Positions 25,026-34,818 of a stretch of 64,000 bases of DNA are shown here, piece by piece. Both the position numbers and the translations under genes were made by a program. Origin of the DNA: a virus (taxonomy: Duplodnaviria; Caudoviricetes); the IMG/VR virus record IMGVR_UViG_3300026549_000040, positions 32,001 through 96,000 of that record. One strand, 5' to 3'. The notes below the pieces were generated by a model. The model saw only the letters and a program-made list of their open reading frames with translations. It had not been told where the DNA came from and did no database searches. Position 1 is the first letter of the stretch. The number at the start of each line of letters is the position of its first letter.

Positions 25026-26564
25026 ATGAGCTATACGCCTACAAGATGGATTAATGGAGAGGATGGACATGATACTCCTATTAATGCTTCTAATTTAAAT
25101 AAAATAGAAGCTGGTATATCAGATAACTCTTCTGGTATTTCACAATTACAAGGTGGGATGAGGTTCATGGGAGAAACTTCTACTCTCCCGAATAACCCAC
25201 GTATTGGAGAAGTATATCAAGCATCTGCTACAGGACTTGTATATGGTAACAAAATAGGTGATTTATTAGTATATACTAAAACAAATTCTTGGCATGTAAT
25301 TCCTTCTGGTAATGAACATGACGGAACAGTTACAAGAATAAATCAAGGAGCAGGTATAATAGTTAATAATGGTTCTCCTCTTACAGAATCAGGAGAAATA
25401 AAACTAGATACCTCTTTTGTTGCTAATAATACTAGAAATGGATTATTATCCAGTACTTTGTTTAAAAAAATAAGTACTTTATCTAATGTAGCTGTTACTG
25501 GTTCTTGGTCAGACTTGGATCAATCTACAATACCAAATTCTGCTAAAAGACCTATAAGAGATGATGTTGATATAGAAGCTTCTGAGGATCCGTCACAAAC
25601 TGTAGTATCACAATATGGGATAAAAACATTATTAGATGGAAAAGCAGATACTTCACATAGTCATTTAATAGAAGATATAGAAGTTAAAGAAACAGCAGAA
25701 AGTGAACCACAACCTTTATCTAATTATCTTGCAAAAGATAATAATGGTGTTACAGATGTACTAACTCCAGCGGCGCCAAAACTTCACCCTCATGGTAATA
25801 TAACTGCTAATGGTTATGTTATGTCAGGAGATACATACGCTCAGAATCAAGTACTTCTTACAGATTCTGATGGAAGAATAGTACCAAGTCCAACTATTCC
25901 TTCTTCTATGTTAAGAGGATATTCTATATATAGTGCAGATGGTTCTTCTTCTATAAACATAAGTACTTTAAATAGTACTGTTGGTGTCACGGGTGATGAT
26001 GGTTTAAGGGGTGCTGTAAAAAATCTTAATACTTGGGTAGGTATAGATGATACTCAAGGTTTAAGAAAAGATGTATCAACTCTTTTAGAACAAGTAGGAA
26101 CAACTGATACTAATGGATTAATTAAAAAAGTATCAACATTAGAGTCTGCTTCTAATACTTATGCATCAAAATTTAATATTTTAAATTTTAGTACAACTGG
26201 TTCTGAGAAACATGGTGAGAAGCAAGGTGTAAATAGACTTAATCTAGTAGTTCCAGCTTCAGGTGTTTTACCTGCTGCTGATAGAGTTGTGAAATTAACT
26301 CCCCCTGCAGTACCAACAGCTATAAAATCTACGCATGAATATAAACCTATAGCTTTATATGGTTGGAATTTTAGTAATAGACCTAACACAGGTAAAGCAG
26401 CTCCTAATGGAAGAAATTGTTCTATGTGTACTTTATATGGAATTACATTTAATAAAAAATCTGATGGTTGGTATGCTAATGCTGAAGTAAGGAATAATGC
26501 AACAACTAGTGCAATTGTTTATTTAACTCTTTATGTAACTTGGAGAACTGTAAAAAAATCTTAA
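25026..26564 (+). CDS. tail fibre-like structural protein
   Basis: TPINASNLNKIEAGI N-terminus, KADTSHSH, HPHGNIT. Confidence 0.65.
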   Translation: MSYTPTRWINGEDGHDTPINASNLNKIEAGISDNSSGISQLQGGMRFMGETSTLPNNPRIGEVYQASATGLVYGNKIGDLLVYTKTNSWHVIPSGNEHDGTVTRINQGAGIIVNNGSPLTESGEIKLDTSFVANNTRNGLLSSTLFKKISTLSNVAVTGSWSDLDQSTIPNSAKRPIRDDVDIEASEDPSQTVVSQYGIKTLLDGKADTSHSHLIEDIEVKETAESEPQPLSNYLAKDNNGVTDVLTPAAPKLHPHGNITANGYVMSGDTYAQNQVLLTDSDGRIVPSPTIPSSMLRGYSIYSADGSSSINISTLNSTVGVTGDDGLRGAVKNLNTWVGIDDTQGLRKDVSTLLEQVGTTDTNGLIKKVSTLESASNTYASKFNILNFSTTGSEKHGEKQGVNRLNLVVPASGVLPAADRVVKLTPPAVPTAIKSTHEYKPIALYGWNFSNRPNTGKAAPNGRNCSMCTLYGITFNKKSDGWYANAEVRNNATTSAIVYLTLYVTWRTVKKS

Positions 26565-26575
26565 GGGATTATTAA

Positions 26576-27475
26576 ATGTTTAAAAAACCAGTAATAAAAT
26601 ATAATGGTGTTATACCTAAACCTTTATTAAAGATAGGAAATAAAGGAAATGCTGTAAAAGATTTACAGAAATTTTTAAATTGGTATTTAACAGGAAAATT
26701 AGTTATAGATGGTGAATTTGGACCAAAGACTAAGAAAGCTTTAATATCTTTTCAGAAATATGAAAAACTTGTTAAAGATGGAGAGTATGGTGATAAATCC
26801 TACGCCAAAGCTAAATCTTACAAGAAACAAGAAGAAAAATCTAAATCTTCAATGTCTTATATAGTAGATGTTTCTTACTGGCAACATGATATTGATTGGA
26901 ATAAGGTTAAAAAAGATGATATTGCCGGAGCAATATTAAGAACTTCATATACATCACAAAGATCTTTTTCTTTATCTAAAGATTCTACTTTTGAAAAGAA
27001 TATTAAAAATGCTAAAAAAGCAGGTTTATATATAGGTGCATATCATTACTCACAAGCTATATCTGTAAAAGAAGCAGTAAAAGAAGCTAAATATATGTGT
27101 AAGATATTAAAGCCATATAAGAATGATATAAAACTTCCTGTTGTATGTGATTGGGAATTTGGTATAAGACTTGATGGAAGAAAAGCTAAGTCACTTGGAA
27201 AAGCAAAATGTACTGAAATAGTTAATGCATTTTGTAAAGAAGTGAAGAAGCAGGGCTTTGCTCCTATGGTTTATGCAAACTATATGACCTTCTCTAACTA
27301 TCTTAATACATCAAAAATAAAAGAAAATGATTACTTAATTTGGTTAGCTCAATATGCTTCTAAAGCATCTATGGATTATGATATGTGGCAGTATAGTTCA
27401 AATGGAAAAGTAGCTGGCATAAAAAATAGAGTAGATGTTAATAAAGCTAAGCAAACAATATTTATTAAAAAATAA
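26576..27475 (+). CDS. GH25 muramidase endolysin with N-terminal PG-binding domain
   Basis: DVSYWQ, GAYHYS, DWE, WLAQY, WQYSSNG, VDVN. Confidence 0.9.
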   Translation: MFKKPVIKYNGVIPKPLLKIGNKGNAVKDLQKFLNWYLTGKLVIDGEFGPKTKKALISFQKYEKLVKDGEYGDKSYAKAKSYKKQEEKSKSSMSYIVDVSYWQHDIDWNKVKKDDIAGAILRTSYTSQRSFSLSKDSTFEKNIKNAKKAGLYIGAYHYSQAISVKEAVKEAKYMCKILKPYKNDIKLPVVCDWEFGIRLDGRKAKSLGKAKCTEIVNAFCKEVKKQGFAPMVYANYMTFSNYLNTSKIKENDYLIWLAQYASKASMDYDMWQYSSNGKVAGIKNRVDVNKAKQTIFIKK

Positions 27476-27580
27476 TTTCAACTGAGTGATAAGCAAAAAT
27501 CGGGGGCAGCTTACTTGTGGGGAGTTGTGCAAAAGGTCTGGTGGGTAGTCCTTTTAACATATACTAAATGAATTAGGGTA

Positions 27581-27629
27581 TTTACAAAACTATTTTATTA
27601 ATATATAATTATATTAATAAAATAGTTTT
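27581..27629 (+). promoter_or_regulatory. TTTACA-17-TATAAT promoter overlapped by a 20-bp perfect inverted repeat
   Basis: arms 27586-27605 and 27610-27629. Confidence 0.6.
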
Positions 27630-27653
27630 TTAGTTTTAAGGAGACAATTAACA

Positions 27654-27956
27654 ATGAGTGAACAAGAATATTATACAGAAGATTATATGGGATTAGATGA
27701 TCTTAGTAAAACAATACCCATGATGACGAGTGATGATTGGAAACAAAGATTTATTGCAGAGTATGCTCAGTTAGTAACTAGAATCGACAAATTACTAGAT
27801 TATATTTATGATGCAGATACTATTGCGTTAAACTGTCCTGTTGAATTATTAAATATGCAGTTAGAAGCAATGAATGAGTATGAAAAGATATTAGAAATCA
27901 GAGCTACCTTATATGGTATTGATCTAAGTAAAGAACTTGAAAAAATGGACAGATAA
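27654..27956 (+). CDS. crAss001_48-like hypothetical protein
   Basis: DWKQRFIAEY.QL..R..KL...LL..QL..M..Y..IL..RA. Confidence 0.6.
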   Translation: MSEQEYYTEDYMGLDDLSKTIPMMTSDDWKQRFIAEYAQLVTRIDKLLDYIYDADTIALNCPVELLNMQLEAMNEYEKILEIRATLYGIDLSKELEKMDR

Positions 27957-27989
27957 AATAAAAAAAATAGATAAAATACAAAAAAAGTA

Positions 27990-28036
27990 TGTACAAATAT
28001 CTAATCTTGTGTTATTATAATTATAGGAAGAGGGGG
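27990..28036 (+). promoter_or_regulatory. early promoter with AATTATAGGAAG box
   Basis: TGTACA-17-TATTAT with extended TG. Confidence 0.7.
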
Positions 28037-28060
28037 TCATTAAAAAAGGAGGAAAAAGAC

Positions 28061-28246
28061 ATGATGAAGATCGACGGAAAAGAAATCAAGTATTTGTACA
28101 TGGCAGTTACGAAAGATGAGTACGAACTTCCTATTGCTGTTGCTGACAGTGTTTCAGAGTTGGCAGAAATGCTCGATATGAAACCAACGACCATTTCAAT
28201 TTATCTTTCACTTGGAAGACCAGGATTCGTTAAGATTGAAGTTTAA
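28061..28246 (+). CDS. small HTH-like early protein
   Basis: VTKDEYELPIAVADSVSELAEML; strong SD; start revised to 28061. Confidence 0.65.
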   Translation: MMKIDGKEIKYLYMAVTKDEYELPIAVADSVSELAEMLDMKPTTISIYLSLGRPGFVKIEV

Positions 28247-28261
28247 TAAGGAGGTAAGAAT

Positions 28262-29173
28262 ATGAGTTATCTTAACAGAACACTACCACACACAAACGCT
28301 TTTGGTACTGTGGATATTTCATCTGCAACATCGGTACATGACGCACTTTCCCTTTCAGGTATGGATTGGAAGGTGGATTCAAGACCAATCTTCGATGTAA
28401 CAGGTAAGAAGTTCCCTAACTATGTAGCTAATGTTAGACAGGACACAGATGAACTTCTCGGTATTGTAACAGATAGGTATAGAATCGTTCAGAATGAAGA
28501 GGCTTTTGAATTTGTAAATAATCTTTCTTCTGAAGGATTTGAGTTTGAAAGTGCCGGGGTATTTAAGGGTGGCAGATCTACTTGGTTGATGGGACATCTT
28601 CCTGAAGAAACTATTCTCGGTGATGATATTGCGAATAATCTTGTATTTGTTAATTCACATGATGGATCGTCAGGTGTAAAAGTAATGATGACACCTGTAA
28701 GAGTTATTTGTTACAACATGCTTAACTTAGCATTACGTAGAGCCAACAGATCTTGGTCAACTAAACATACTACAAGTATTTATTCAAAACTGGAAGAAGC
28801 ACAGCATACTTTAGGACTCGCTCAGAAGTATATGGATGAACTTAAGATTGAAGCAGATAGACTTGCTAACATTACTATTACAGATAATGAAATTGAAGCA
28901 ATCTTTGATAAGATGTTTCCTGTAGATCCTGCTAAAGACTCTGCAAGAAAAATTAGAAATGTATCTACTTTGAAGGATGGTTTTATTAAATGTTATGATG
29001 AATCTGACATTAGAAAATTTAAAGGTACTGTCTATGGTGCAATTAATGCTATGGCAGATCTGGTAGATCATAAAGCACCCGCAAGAGTTACAGCAAATTA
29101 TTACGAAAATAATTGGAATAGACTTATCAATGGTCATTCAATGCTTGATACTTTCTATAGACTTGCAAGTTAA
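28262..29173 (+). CDS. DUF932 (TIGR03299-like) phage/plasmid protein
   Basis: Y.IVQNEEAF, NSHDGSS, TPVRVICYN motifs. Confidence 0.85.
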   Translation: MSYLNRTLPHTNAFGTVDISSATSVHDALSLSGMDWKVDSRPIFDVTGKKFPNYVANVRQDTDELLGIVTDRYRIVQNEEAFEFVNNLSSEGFEFESAGVFKGGRSTWLMGHLPEETILGDDIANNLVFVNSHDGSSGVKVMMTPVRVICYNMLNLALRRANRSWSTKHTTSIYSKLEEAQHTLGLAQKYMDELKIEADRLANITITDNEIEAIFDKMFPVDPAKDSARKIRNVSTLKDGFIKCYDESDIRKFKGTVYGAINAMADLVDHKAPARVTANYYENNWNRLINGHSMLDTFYRLAS

Positions 29174-29202
29174 ATTGTTCTGTTAGGAGGTATGTTATCA
29201 TT

Positions 29203-29424
29203 ATGATAGAGGCATCTAATAACATTGTAAAGATTGAAGGTACTTCAAAAACTATATGTACAGAATTTACACATATTGTGGTTCATATTATGCAAACATT
29301 TGAAAAGGAATTTGAATTAGATCAGCAACAAGCTATATGTGTTATTAATGAATGTTGTAAGATTGCTTATATGGATGATGAAAGTAGATCAGAGTATTTA
29401 CGTAAATTAATTAAGGAGGAATAA
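29203..29424 (+). CDS. hypothetical protein
   Basis: AGGAGGT SD. Confidence 0.65.
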   Translation: MIEASNNIVKIEGTSKTICTEFTHIVVHIMQTFEKEFELDQQQAICVINECCKIAYMDDESRSEYLRKLIKEE

Positions 29425-29426
29425 TT

Positions 29427-29711
29427 ATGAACACTCAGTCCTATCTCGATCAAGCTGAAAAATATAAGTTTAATGAAATGCAAGCTCGGTTAGGAGGTGA
29501 TGAAGCATTAGCAGAAAAATACAAAGTCATGTCGGAGATGGCTGTAATTAATTCTGCAAAAGCAGCTAATCGGGATAGGACAAGAAACTATTATACTTAT
29601 CCTACTTCTAGTGGTTTTTCTATTCCAGAATCTCCTGCGGATATTGTACGTTTCATTGTATGTGGATTATTAGGATTTAGTATTGCAATGTTGCCATTTA
29701 TCTTGTTTTAA
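29427..29711 (+). CDS. hypothetical protein with C-terminal TM
   Basis: ORF with hydrophobic tail. Confidence 0.6.
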   Translation: MNTQSYLDQAEKYKFNEMQARLGGDEALAEKYKVMSEMAVINSAKAANRDRTRNYYTYPTSSGFSIPESPADIVRFIVCGLLGFSIAMLPFILF

Positions 29712-29727
29712 GGAGGTGTGGTAATAA

Positions 29728-30357
29728 ATGTTTAGGTACTTAGAAAAGTATACAGGAATATATAGAGTTTTGGGTTATCTTGATCTTAATACGAATGATT
29801 TCCCAAGAACTGATAACGGGGACATAGACCCTTCTTATGAAGACTTATATATACCTTGTTATAGAGGCAAGAGTGTTATAAAACATACCTATGAAAAAGA
29901 TATACTTGTTATATGTTTTTATGGAAAAAATTCAACTGCTAAGAATGTCTATAAAGAATTAAAAGATAAGTATAAGAAGATCTATCTTGAATATGAAGAC
30001 TGTGGAGAAGATGGTCTTATATATTTTAATGCTGATGATATAAAGAAAATAGCTACTATAGTAAGACCTAAAACAAGTGGAGCTTCTATAAAATGGAATT
30101 CTAATAAAAATCTTCCTAAGGTATCTTATGATATTCCAAAAGAAGATAATGATAAATTAGTAACTATAACAAAAAATTTGTCTAAACTACAGAAGATGCA
30201 TTTTGGAAAAGCTGTATCTTCATTGTTTTTAACTTCTAAAAATCTAAAAGAAGAACAGAAACAATCTAGGCTTACACCAAAACAATTTATACATAGTAAA
30301 GGTTTATGGGAAGAGTACATTAAATTAGCTAAGAAAGAGGTAAAGAATGTCAACTAA
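29728..30357 (+). CDS. hypothetical protein
   Basis: ORF with AGGAGGT SD. Confidence 0.7.
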   Translation: MFRYLEKYTGIYRVLGYLDLNTNDFPRTDNGDIDPSYEDLYIPCYRGKSVIKHTYEKDILVICFYGKNSTAKNVYKELKDKYKKIYLEYEDCGEDGLIYFNADDIKKIATIVRPKTSGASIKWNSNKNLPKVSYDIPKEDNDKLVTITKNLSKLQKMHFGKAVSSLFLTSKNLKEEQKQSRLTPKQFIHSKGLWEEYIKLAKKEVKNVN

Positions 30358-30586
30358 AAAAGAAATTGATAATGTAAATCATCCAAGTCATTATCTTGGA
30401 AATGTAGAAGTTATAGATTATATAGAGGATAAGTTAACAACTGATCAGTTTGAAGGATACTTGGTAGGTAATATTATTAAGTATATATCTAGATATAGAA
30501 AAAAGAATGGACTTGAGGATCTAGAAAAAGGTCAATGGTATCTTAACAGATTAATTGGATTTAAAAAGGGTATTAATGAAAAGTAA
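30347..30586 (+). CDS. DUF3310 (T7 gp1.7-like) protein
   Basis: VNHPSHY, GNIIKYISR, KNGLEDLEK..WYL. Confidence 0.85.
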   Translation: MSTKKEIDNVNHPSHYLGNVEVIDYIEDKLTTDQFEGYLVGNIIKYISRYRKKNGLEDLEKGQWYLNRLIGFKKGINEK

Positions 30587-31076
30587 TGAGCTAAATTTAT
30601 GCAATAATAGTAATTTGTTTAATTTGCCTTTTACAAAAAGGCATATATTGAAAAATTTATCATATATAAAATCTCGTATAATAAATTGCTACCAAAGAAT
30701 AAGATATGGCGTATCTAGGTATGATGCATGGGATTTTAATGACTTTTTATATGCAGTTATAGAAAATGGTTTAAAATATCTTAAAGACGCAGGTAATAGC
30801 TATCCTGGGTGGTGTACTTACGAAGAATGGCAAACTAAATTAGAGTATATGATAAAATTAAGTGAATTATCAAACCGATATGAAGATGAGGTTACTGAAA
30901 AATCTTTCGATAAATATTTAGACACCTTTTCTAAATATGGTAAAGACTCTGAGGAATGTAAAAAAGCACATGAGGAATGGATGGAGGATGAACAATCATT
31001 TGAAATAACTAAGTATAATTCACGACATAAATTACTAAAAGAGTTAGAAAAATACATAGATGATTTATGGGATTAG
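30555..31076 (+). CDS. hypothetical protein
   Basis: ORF, probable start 30576; followed by GGGATTA/TAATCCC hairpin. Confidence 0.65.
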   Translation: MDLKRVLMKSNELNLCNNSNLFNLPFTKRHILKNLSYIKSRIINCYQRIRYGVSRYDAWDFNDFLYAVIENGLKYLKDAGNSYPGWCTYEEWQTKLEYMIKLSELSNRYEDEVTEKSFDKYLDTFSKYGKDSEECKKAHEEWMEDEQSFEITKYNSRHKLLKELEKYIDDLWD

Positions 31077-31130
31077 TTATTAATCCCATTTTTATTTGTT
31101 AAACAAACAATAAGAGTCTTTATAAATGAG

Positions 31131-31154
31131 TAAAAGATTGCTAAATTATTTATA
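31131..31154 (+). promoter_or_regulatory. TGCTAAATTATTTATA putative late promoter
   Basis: identical to 15593-15616. Confidence 0.55.
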
Positions 31155-31156
31155 AA

Positions 31157-31582
31157 TTGATTTCAACAAGTAAGAGAGATTTGATAATGCTTACAGAAAA
31201 ATATATGGACATTAAGGTTGAATTGCCAGATCTAAAAGGTGAAGAAGGTGATTCAAATACATACTATGAAGAAGTAGAAGTACCTGATAGTGAAATACGT
31301 CATTATATAGATACTTATTTATCTGCGGAAGATGTATTAGATTATGCTAAACAAATAGATCCTGAAAGTTTTTCAAAGGAGAACGGTGCAGATATAGATT
31401 TAGCATATGATATACTTATAAATGAATTTGATGAACATGATGATATTGAAGATATAAAAGATCTAAATGAATATATACAAGAACTTGTTTATCAAGATTA
31501 TGAAAAAGTAGCTGCGGAAAAAGTTCAAGATGATTTAGATACACTAGATTCTGACGAACAGCATAGGTATTGGGGACTATAG
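31157..31582 (+). CDS. acidic hypothetical protein
   Basis: ORF, probable start 31187 (MLTEK). Confidence 0.65.
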   Translation: MISTSKRDLIMLTEKYMDIKVELPDLKGEEGDSNTYYEEVEVPDSEIRHYIDTYLSAEDVLDYAKQIDPESFSKENGADIDLAYDILINEFDEHDDIEDIKDLNEYIQELVYQDYEKVAAEKVQDDLDTLDSDEQHRYWGL

Positions 31583-31590
31583 TTTTTTGA

Positions 31591-31700
31591 CCCTATATAC
31601 AAAAATGTTAATAGGGTATATACAAAAATGTTAATACCCTATTAACAAAATTGTTAAGGATAATAATACAATATAATAATACATATTAATATAATATATA
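31591..31700. repeat. three 23-bp-spaced iteron-like repeats plus AT-rich tract
   Basis: TATATACAAAAATGTTAATA at 31594 and 31617; variant at 31640. Confidence 0.75.
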
Positions 31701-31727
31701 GTAAAGATACAAATTTTAGGAATTACT

Positions 31728-32618
31728 TTGGATAATACTTACACAGACATCTCGAAAGATCTTCAGATAATAGAAGATGTATTTATAGAAACAGATGAAG
31801 ATTATGAAAAACTATATAGACAGATAGACTTAACTGAGGAAGAATTTACAGATATAAAAGCGGGTAGATTGGAACCAGATAAAATTCAGTTAGAAAATAT
31901 TTACAACTTTGCTTATAATCATAATCTATATCTAAATGAAATATCGTGGCTGGAATGTCAGGATGAATATGAGACTGGTGATATAACAGTACATAGTCAT
32001 GGAGCACATACAGCAATAGTTGGAGATATTATATTAAAGAAAGCTCCAGGAAGTAGCAATGACTTTGGTGATGGTTTTTATTTAGGTGAAGATATATCAC
32101 AAGCCGGTATGTGGGTTGCAAATGATGTTAACTCTTCTTTATATATATTTACATTAGACAAAAGTGATCTTATTGAAGCAAGATTTAATGTAGATGTTGA
32201 TTGGATGTTAGCAGTTGCACTATGTAGAAATAAGTTAGATGACTATTTAGATAATCCAAGATTACAATCTTTAAAAGAGAAAATAGATAACTGTGATTAT
32301 GTATATGCACCAATAGCAGACAATAATTTGTTTGAAGTAATTGATTCATTCCTAAATGGAGAGATTACAGATTTACAATGTTTATATGCTATTTCAGCAT
32401 CACATTTAGGATATCAAATAGTTATTAAAAATGAAAAAGCTCTAAGTCGTATTGATATGAAAAAACATCTATATCTTTGTTCTGTAGAAAAAAGTTTATT
32501 CAATAGAGAATCTGATATTGAAAGTAATACATCAATGCATAAGTCGCAAATTGCACAGGTAAGATATAAAGAGGTTGGTAAGTATATAAATGAATTACTT
32601 GAAGAGGGAATTGAATGA
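31728..32618 (+). CDS. DUF3990-family protein with N-terminal extension
   Basis: HG...NDFGDGFYLG...QA..W, APIAD. Confidence 0.7.
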   Translation: MDNTYTDISKDLQIIEDVFIETDEDYEKLYRQIDLTEEEFTDIKAGRLEPDKIQLENIYNFAYNHNLYLNEISWLECQDEYETGDITVHSHGAHTAIVGDIILKKAPGSSNDFGDGFYLGEDISQAGMWVANDVNSSLYIFTLDKSDLIEARFNVDVDWMLAVALCRNKLDDYLDNPRLQSLKEKIDNCDYVYAPIADNNLFEVIDSFLNGEITDLQCLYAISASHLGYQIVIKNEKALSRIDMKKHLYLCSVEKSLFNRESDIESNTSMHKSQIAQVRYKEVGKYINELLEEGIE

Positions 32619-32974
32619 TATTAATAGAAAAAATAATTGAATTAAATGATAAGCTATATATAGATTCCTGGTATGATAAATATTCTAGAAATTATATAAC
32701 GCAAGTTAAAGATCTAGATGATAATGAAGTTGATTATGCTTACTCAGGTAATTCAAAAGACAGGAATGCAGATATACAGATGTTTAAAGATAAATACAAA
32801 GAAGAGATTGTAGAGTATTATCAGAATAAGAAAAAGAAGAAAAAGAAACAAGAGTTGCCTATTACTGGTATAAATCCAATTATGCCAGATAAAGGTGCTG
32901 GAATAGATACATTTAATAAAAATGCAGCTCCTGCAGGAGACATTGGAGGAGAAGCTGCAGGAGGCGGAGAATAA
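32615..32974 (+). CDS. hypothetical protein
   Basis: ORF within operon. Confidence 0.6.
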   Translation: MILIEKIIELNDKLYIDSWYDKYSRNYITQVKDLDDNEVDYAYSGNSKDRNADIQMFKDKYKEEIVEYYQNKKKKKKKQELPITGINPIMPDKGAGIDTFNKNAAPAGDIGGEAAGGGE

Positions 32975-33502
32975 ATGAAAAACCTTAGAGAATGTTTTAA
33001 AGACTGGGATAGAAAAGAATTTAGAGATAATTCAAGATCATTTGAACTTGAAATGTTGTATGAGTCTGTTAAAACAACATTATCTGCTCAACAAAAAAAC
33101 GATTTAGCTAGATTTGTTAGAAAAGCTAAAACTGCCGAAGAAGTAAATACTTATATGACAGGCATGATTGCAAAAGATAATGTTAAAGAATCATTTACAG
33201 AAGATATAGATGAAGAATCATTCAATAAACTTAAAGAAATAGCATACGAGCTAGATAATTATATAGAAGACAAAGTTTGGGTAAGAGATTTTTGGTATGA
33301 TGCTCAATTTGATAATACTATTACATTTAGTATAAGTGGTGATTGGAAACATGATCATTTAAGATTTAACTACTATGCCAGTGAGTGGTTAGATAATAGA
33401 GGTATTGATTATAAAATTTCAGAACATATAACTGATGATAGTGAAGATGATTCTTACGACGCTGATCATACTATAAGAATTTATAACTTAAAGGAATTAT
33501 AA
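32975..33502 (+). CDS. hypothetical, probable internal head protein
   Basis: LRE/LYE/VKE motifs. Confidence 0.55.
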   Translation: MKNLRECFKDWDRKEFRDNSRSFELEMLYESVKTTLSAQQKNDLARFVRKAKTAEEVNTYMTGMIAKDNVKESFTEDIDEESFNKLKEIAYELDNYIEDKVWVRDFWYDAQFDNTITFSISGDWKHDHLRFNYYASEWLDNRGIDYKISEHITDDSEDDSYDADHTIRIYNLKEL

Positions 33503-34438
33503 ATGAAGTTAAAGTTAAGAGAAAATGCAGATATAAATACAGTAACAGGTATATCTGATATTATTATAGACTCTATAAATAAAAAATGGGATAACATAAG
33601 AGATTTTAATAGTATAATAGTTAATTTAAATGAAGAAGGCTATGAAGACCTTGTTCCTGTTATAGAAAGCATACTTGAAGACGAAAATAGAAACGTAGGG
33701 AAATTACAACAATTGGTTGAATTAGTTTCTCCTACTGCTAGCTCTATAGAAGATGGTAAGCAAGAAGCTATTGATGAGTTAGATGGTAATGAAGTAAAGG
33801 TAGAAGAAGAAATGAAATTAGATGAGAATTTTACAAACGTATCTGATGAAGTAGAATCAAAGATGGATGATACTTTCTTTAAGGCCAATAAAGATCACGA
33901 TAGAGATGAGAAAGAAGCTGAAGATGCATTAAAAGAAAATGAAAAATTGGCTAAAGAAACTATTCCTAAAGAAGGTGAAACTGGTAAAAAAGTTACTTCA
34001 AAGGCATTAAAAGCTATGCATCTTAGTGAAGCATTATTTGATGAAGATACTGAATCTAAAAAAAAAGACCATCTACTAGAGGATAATGAAAATATCAAAT
34101 TTGATATAGCAAAAGAACAAATTAGAAAATTTAAAGAGGGGAAGATGCCAAAAGATTGGACCCCTAAAGATTATATAGATGATTTAGTTAATAGAAAGCA
34201 TCTATCAAGAGAAGAAGGTGAAAAATTATTATCTGAAGACTTTGATGATGACTATTCAATAGAGTCTTTTAGATCTTATTCTAAGCAAGCTTTGTTTAAA
34301 CTAAAAGAAGCATATAATCATATAACTCATGGAGAAGAGTATGACGAAGCCATGAATTCATTAAAAGAAGCAAGAAATATTATAGATAAATTAATGGATG
34401 AAATGGGTGAGCAATATTTAGATGGTGATTATGAATAA
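33503..34438 (+). CDS. acidic hypothetical, probable internal head protein
   Basis: MKLKLRE, LDE, LSE, LLE motifs. Confidence 0.55.
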   Translation: MKLKLRENADINTVTGISDIIIDSINKKWDNIRDFNSIIVNLNEEGYEDLVPVIESILEDENRNVGKLQQLVELVSPTASSIEDGKQEAIDELDGNEVKVEEEMKLDENFTNVSDEVESKMDDTFFKANKDHDRDEKEAEDALKENEKLAKETIPKEGETGKKVTSKALKAMHLSEALFDEDTESKKKDHLLEDNENIKFDIAKEQIRKFKEGKMPKDWTPKDYIDDLVNRKHLSREEGEKLLSEDFDDDYSIESFRSYSKQALFKLKEAYNHITHGEEYDEAMNSLKEARNIIDKLMDEMGEQYLDGDYE

Positions 34439-34809
34439 TGTCATATGAGAATGAATTATATTCTTATGAATATCCTATTTCTTGGGATAGAAGAAATAAG
34501 AATTATTTAAAAAAAGTTCATAATAGGTCAGTCGTTGTGGAAATGATAGTACCTATTGTTTTTAGGTTAAGATTCTATATTGATGATAAGCTGATTTCTG
34601 ATGAGACTTATTCACCAACTAATAACACAATAAGATTTCCAATGCCTTATATTGTACAAGATAAGGTTTTTTCAGGCTGGCAGTTTGAATATAATAGTGA
34701 ATATAAAATAATAACTTCTGAAAATTATGACGACTTAAAGGTTGTCATTTTAGATGGTTGTGAAGATATAAAACTAACAGCTTTATATGAAGATATAGTA
34801 AATGATTAA
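34438..34809 (+). CDS. hypothetical protein with an InlB-B/Flg_new-like repeat
   Basis: FYID...P...FSGW...LTALY. Confidence 0.5.
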   Translation: MSYENELYSYEYPISWDRRNKNYLKKVHNRSVVVEMIVPIVFRLRFYIDDKLISDETYSPTNNTIRFPMPYIVQDKVFSGWQFEYNSEYKIITSENYDDLKVVILDGCEDIKLTALYEDIVND

Positions 34810-34818
34810 GGAATATGA

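Noticed and set aside
16779-26564. Diversity-generating retroelement acting on tail fibres
   Set aside because: No reverse transcriptase and no TR/VR pair differing at adenines seen in this window.
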